Assembly (NCBI GenBank): GCA_965208675.1
Contig: OZ242351.1
Location: 2,752,001-2,816,000 of the forward strand
Source: Candidatus Poribacteria bacterium
Lineage (GTDB): Bacteria; Poribacteria; WGA-4E; PCPOR2b
Reading direction: 5' to 3'
Length of the DNA: 64,000 nt
Part shown: in pieces, positions 60,420 to 64,000 of the stretch
Layout of the letters: each line of letters opens with the position of its first letter
Position numbering within the stretch: position 1 is the first letter of the stretch
Made by a program: the position numbers and the translations under genes
Notes under the pieces: generated by a model
The model's database searches: none
Told to the model about the DNA's origin: nothing
Seen by the model: the letters and a program-made list of their open reading frames with translations, nothing else

Positions 60420-60655
60420 AGGGCGTCGGATACACCGATTCTTCAAACCGCCGAGAATCTGAGAAAACTACTGTTGGAAATGCGACACAGACGACCACCC
60501 AAGTCATCGTCATTCAGTTTCTATGCAATATGAGCAAGGCGTCGTCTTTGGCAAACGGGCGTTTTCGCGTGCAGGGAAAGAGGTGTTCATGAAGATTGAC
60601 GCCGATTTGCAAGACGGTCCTAACGAAATTCGAGACATGATAGCGAAATTGAGGA
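60420..60655 (+). pseudogene. Degenerate partial duplicate of the GT2 gene at 61480
   Basis: aagtcatcgtcattcagttt...caatatgagcaaggcg and KIDADLQDGPNEI match 61760-61910. Frameshifted. Confidence 0.75.
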
Positions 60656-60796
60656 GAAATACCGTGTTGTTCCCTTGCATAGAAAGAAAAAGAAGGTAAT
60701 TGCACAGTCCCCCAAAATGTTGAAGTAGCGTATCCGCAGCGTTAGCTATCAGACTTGCAATTCGCTGATGGATCTAGTGGAAAATTGGAGGCGGAG

Positions 60797-61249
60797 ATGC
60801 GGAATGAAACAATGGGAGCAGTAAAACATCACATTGGAATTGCTGTAGTATTGTTCGTAAGTCTTTTTGTGAGTTCGCCTTTCCTCATAATTGAGAGCAA
60901 CCAGACTCGTGCGCATGAAGACTTATTGCAACGTGGCCGGACAAATCAAGCGAGAGGAAATCCGACTTTTGACCGGAATCGTGATTTCTATCGTGTAATC
61001 GTTGAAAATAACCTTTTTCGTCCATTGGGCTGGAGGCCACCCAAACGTGAACCTGAGTACGCACTGGTTGCAACTTGGATTGAATCTGGCGGTGAAACTG
61101 CCAAAGCTCTTCTGGTAGAACGCCGATCTAAAAAAACCTATTACGCGGCTATAGGCGAAAGGGTAGGGAATGCAACAATTGAAAACATCGAATCCAAACG
61201 GGTCGACCTGAAAATTTCGGGCAAGAGAGTCACCCTTAATCTCCCTTGA
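60797..61249 (+). CDS. Membrane-anchored hypothetical protein resembling the T2SS GspC N-terminal region
   Basis: TM, IVENNLFRPLG, L.AT...A....Y..IGE.VG.ATIE.IE...V.L. Assignment is tentative. Confidence 0.6.
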   Translation: MRNETMGAVKHHIGIAVVLFVSLFVSSPFLIIESNQTRAHEDLLQRGRTNQARGNPTFDRNRDFYRVIVENNLFRPLGWRPPKREPEYALVATWIESGGETAKALLVERRSKKTYYAAIGERVGNATIENIESKRVDLKISGKRVTLNLP

Positions 61250-61479
61250 GAGCATTTCATTGATTTGAGAAGATTCACTGATTAAGCGATGGTCTAGGCG
61301 ATCCAATCATGGCGCCGAGACGTCCCGAAGTAATCCGGTATAGATAAACTGAAATCTAGGGTAAACACCGGTAAAATCGTAGGGAAGTGGTCTCAGTTCG
61401 CGAGAAGAATGTCGTAATGATACACCAGAAAGTCGCCAGCAGCTTATTTCATTTCGTAAGTTGCAGTAATGACAACGAT

Positions 61480-62517
61480 ATGAAAACACCAAATCAAATC
61501 TCCATTATCACACCCGTATTCAACGAATCTGTAACCCTTAAAATCCTCTATCATCAGTTTCGAGATGTGATGCGGGAAAATGGGGCGCCGTATGAAATAA
61601 TTTTCGTGGACGATGGCAGCACAGATGGTTCTTTTGACATCATGGAGGAGATTTATAACTACCATCTAGAAGGGGCGTCAAGGGTGTCGGATACCGCATG
61701 CCCTTCAAGTCCAGAATATGAGGAACCTCTCGTTAGAGATTCGACAAAGATGCCATCTGAAGTCATCGTCATCCAGTTTCGGCGCAATATGGGCAAGGCG
61801 ACCGCTTTGGCAGCGGGGTTTACGCGTGCAAGGGGAGATGTTGTCATCACGATTGATGCCGATCTGCAAGACGACCCGAGCGAAATTCCAACCTTGTTGG
61901 CGAAAATCGAGGATGGTTACGATGTCGTATCCGGTTGGAAAATCAACCGACGGGATTCGTGGTCCAAAGTGCTGCTCTCACGAATCTTCAATCGGGTGGT
62001 CTGTTGGTGTACACATCTGAACCTCCACGACGTCAACTGTGGGTTCAAAGCCTATAGACGCCAAGTGATTGAGGAACTCTTGGTTTACGGCGATCGACAT
62101 CGTTATTTGCCGATTTTAGCTCACCAAAACGGCTTTCGGGTCGCGGAAGTGCCGGTGAAGCATCATCCACGGCATTATGGCAAATCGAAATACGGCCTTG
62201 GACGTATTCCCCGCGGCTTTATGGATTTGTTGACCATTCTTTTTCTCAATCGATACTTGAAACGGCCTCTCCACTTCTTTGGGGTACTGGGGTTCCTATG
62301 CCTATTCACCGGCACAGGTATAAATACTTACCTTGCGATACTATGGTTGATTCAAAAGGGCATCGGATTTCGTCCCCTGCTTATGCTGGGTATTCTGTTA
62401 ATGATCGTGGGGTTGCAATTTTTCTCCATCGGCTTTTTGGGTGAGATGTTCACCAACGCCTTTGAGCGTTTAGATCGCCGCTACCCTATCAAAAGAGTGT
62501 TAGAAGGACAAAAATAG
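61480..62517 (+). CDS. Polyprenol-phosphate glycosyltransferase, GT2 (ArnC/GtrB-like)
   Basis: PVFNE, VDDGSTD, RNMGKA.AL.AG, IDADLQDDP, D.NCGFK, two C-terminal TMs. Extra ~27-aa insert. Confidence 0.92.
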   Translation: MKTPNQISIITPVFNESVTLKILYHQFRDVMRENGAPYEIIFVDDGSTDGSFDIMEEIYNYHLEGASRVSDTACPSSPEYEEPLVRDSTKMPSEVIVIQFRRNMGKATALAAGFTRARGDVVITIDADLQDDPSEIPTLLAKIEDGYDVVSGWKINRRDSWSKVLLSRIFNRVVCWCTHLNLHDVNCGFKAYRRQVIEELLVYGDRHRYLPILAHQNGFRVAEVPVKHHPRHYGKSKYGLGRIPRGFMDLLTILFLNRYLKRPLHFFGVLGFLCLFTGTGINTYLAILWLIQKGIGFRPLLMLGILLMIVGLQFFSIGFLGEMFTNAFERLDRRYPIKRVLEGQK

Positions 62518-62526
62518 GGTGAAAAT

Positions 62527-63501
62527 GTGATATCCATCATTATTCCGACCTACAATCGAAAAGATGAGCTAGAAGACTTACTCCCCTCGCTCAGACAGCA
62601 GGAGTGTTCTTGTTCCTTTGAAATTATCGTTGTCGATGATGGCTCAACGGATGGGACATGCGAACTACTAAAAAACCTAGCCGAAGACTGGAAAGGGAGG
62701 TTGCGGTTTCTTAAGCAAAATCGTGCTGGTCCGGGAGCTGCGAGGAATTTGGGAATAAAACACGCTCACGGCGATATCTTAGTCTTTGTCGATTCAGATT
62801 GCATTGCGCCTTTCGGCTGGCTGGACAATCTGACCTCGGTTTTCGACAAACCGCAAGTTGGAGCGGTTGGCGGCTCTGAGTTGGCACCAATTGATGATTG
62901 TTTACTTCGAAGGTGCCAGAGTTACGTAATGACTGCTTTCCTCACCACCGGCGGGCTGCGAGGGAAAAAGGGAAAGAAACTTGGCGTCTATTATCCGCGT
63001 GGTTTTAATATGGCTGTCAGAAAGTGCGCCGTCGACGCCGTCGGAGGAGTTCCCAATCGATTCCATGGGGAAGATATTCTCCTAAGTTTAAAGGTGAAGC
63101 AGATAGGTTACACCCTCGAATATGTACCGGATGCAGCAATTTATCATCACAGGCGTGCAACGGTGAGCCAATATTTTAGGCAACTGTACCGGATGGGAAA
63201 GGCGAGAGTCGAAATGATCCATCTGCACAAATCCTTATTGGAACCCGTATACACGTTGCCGGCAATTGCGTTACTGCTTGCCATTCTACTAGTCTGTGGA
63301 GCGATATTCTCTGAAACGCTTTTTAAGGTTGTTGGGGGAGGTATGATAATAACGACACTGTTTCTTACTGCTGTCGGCATTGATAGTGCAACCCGTCTGA
63401 AAACCGTGAAGGCTTTTGCGATTGTGCCCTTTCTGTTTATGATACAACAGACAGCATATGGGTTAGGAACAATCGTCGCTGCATTTAGGAGACAAGCATG
63501 A
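62527..63501 (+). CDS. GT2 glycosyltransferase
   Basis: SIIIPTYNR, VDDGSTD, GPGAARNLG, FVDSD, GED, C-terminal TMs. Confidence 0.92.
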   Translation: MISIIIPTYNRKDELEDLLPSLRQQECSCSFEIIVVDDGSTDGTCELLKNLAEDWKGRLRFLKQNRAGPGAARNLGIKHAHGDILVFVDSDCIAPFGWLDNLTSVFDKPQVGAVGGSELAPIDDCLLRRCQSYVMTAFLTTGGLRGKKGKKLGVYYPRGFNMAVRKCAVDAVGGVPNRFHGEDILLSLKVKQIGYTLEYVPDAAIYHHRRATVSQYFRQLYRMGKARVEMIHLHKSLLEPVYTLPAIALLLAILLVCGAIFSETLFKVVGGGMIITTLFLTAVGIDSATRLKTVKAFAIVPFLFMIQQTAYGLGTIVAAFRRQA

Positions 63502-64000
63502 AGGACTACTCTTTACCAGCGGGAAATTTGAAAACCACTAATCGGTTGGAGGGCGGAACTCGCCTTGGGGGCAATTTCGACAGAGAGTTGAACGATGATA
63601 ATCCGCTTGTGAGCATTATTACGATTTGCCTTAATTCAGAGAAAACCCTTGCGCAAACCATCCAATCGGTAATTAACCAGACCTACAATCCCATTGAATA
63701 TCTTATTATCGATGGCGGCTCAACGGATAGCACCTTGGATATCATAAGAAAATACGATGACCAAATTGATTATTGGCTGAGTGAACCTGACGATGGGACC
63801 TCCCATGCGATAAACAAGGGACTACAGTTGAGCCGCGGCGAGCTGATTGGCATTTTGTGTGCCGATGACTTCTATGAACAAGATGCGGTGCAAACTATAA
63901 TCGGAAATTATTCAGCCGATACACCGAAAATCTATCACGGCAATATGACGCGAATTGATGTCCAAACAGGGGAGAAAACATTCATCGTAAAGCCGCCCGA
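63498..64000 (+). CDS. GT2 glycosyltransferase, 3' end outside the window
   Basis: Manual translation: PLVSIITICLNSEKTL..TIQSVINQTY..IEYLIIDGGSTD...SEPD.G...AINKG. ATGA overlap with the previous gene. Confidence 0.88.
   Translation, partial: MKDYSLPAGNLKTTNRLEGGTRLGGNFDRELNDDNPLVSIITICLNSEKTLAQTIQSVINQTYNPIEYLIIDGGSTDSTLDIIRKYDDQIDYWLSEPDDGTSHAINKGLQLSRGELIGILCADDFYEQDAVQTIIGNYSADTPKIYHGNMTRIDVQTGEKTFIVKPP

Overview
A bacterial chromosome segment. The gene content (WD40, TPR, ASPIC/UnbV, PhyH, many membrane-anchored ECF sigma factors, a TolB-like protein ending in K-L-x-x-T-W-G-x-x-K) suggests Ca. Poribacteria, but this is inference only. The main feature is a ~24 kb minus-strand array (3.2-27.2 kb) of membrane-anchored ECF sigma factors from two distinct families. 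All are fused through a transmembrane helix to the same NTF2/DUF4878-like domain, which has conserved ends and a hypervariable core, and one family also carries an M16 zinc peptidase. Units are joined by a ~99-bp conserved junction repeat (a terminator plus four GGAT boxes), followed by a putative autoregulatory ECF promoter. Every fusion has an in-frame Shine-Dalgarno plus ATG exactly at the sigma/TM boundary, and sigma-less versions starting at that Met occur in the same array. This suggests one gene yields both a sigma-sensor fusion and a free sensor/anti-sigma. The rest of the window holds metabolic and envelope genes (purC, mqnC, an ActP-like symporter, WcaJ-like and other glycosyltransferases), a HicB antitoxin with an interrupted HicA, a PAS kinase/NtrC pair next to a sigma54 promoter and secreted-protein cluster, and several MITE/IS remnants. 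No rRNA, tRNA or CRISPR array was recognised.
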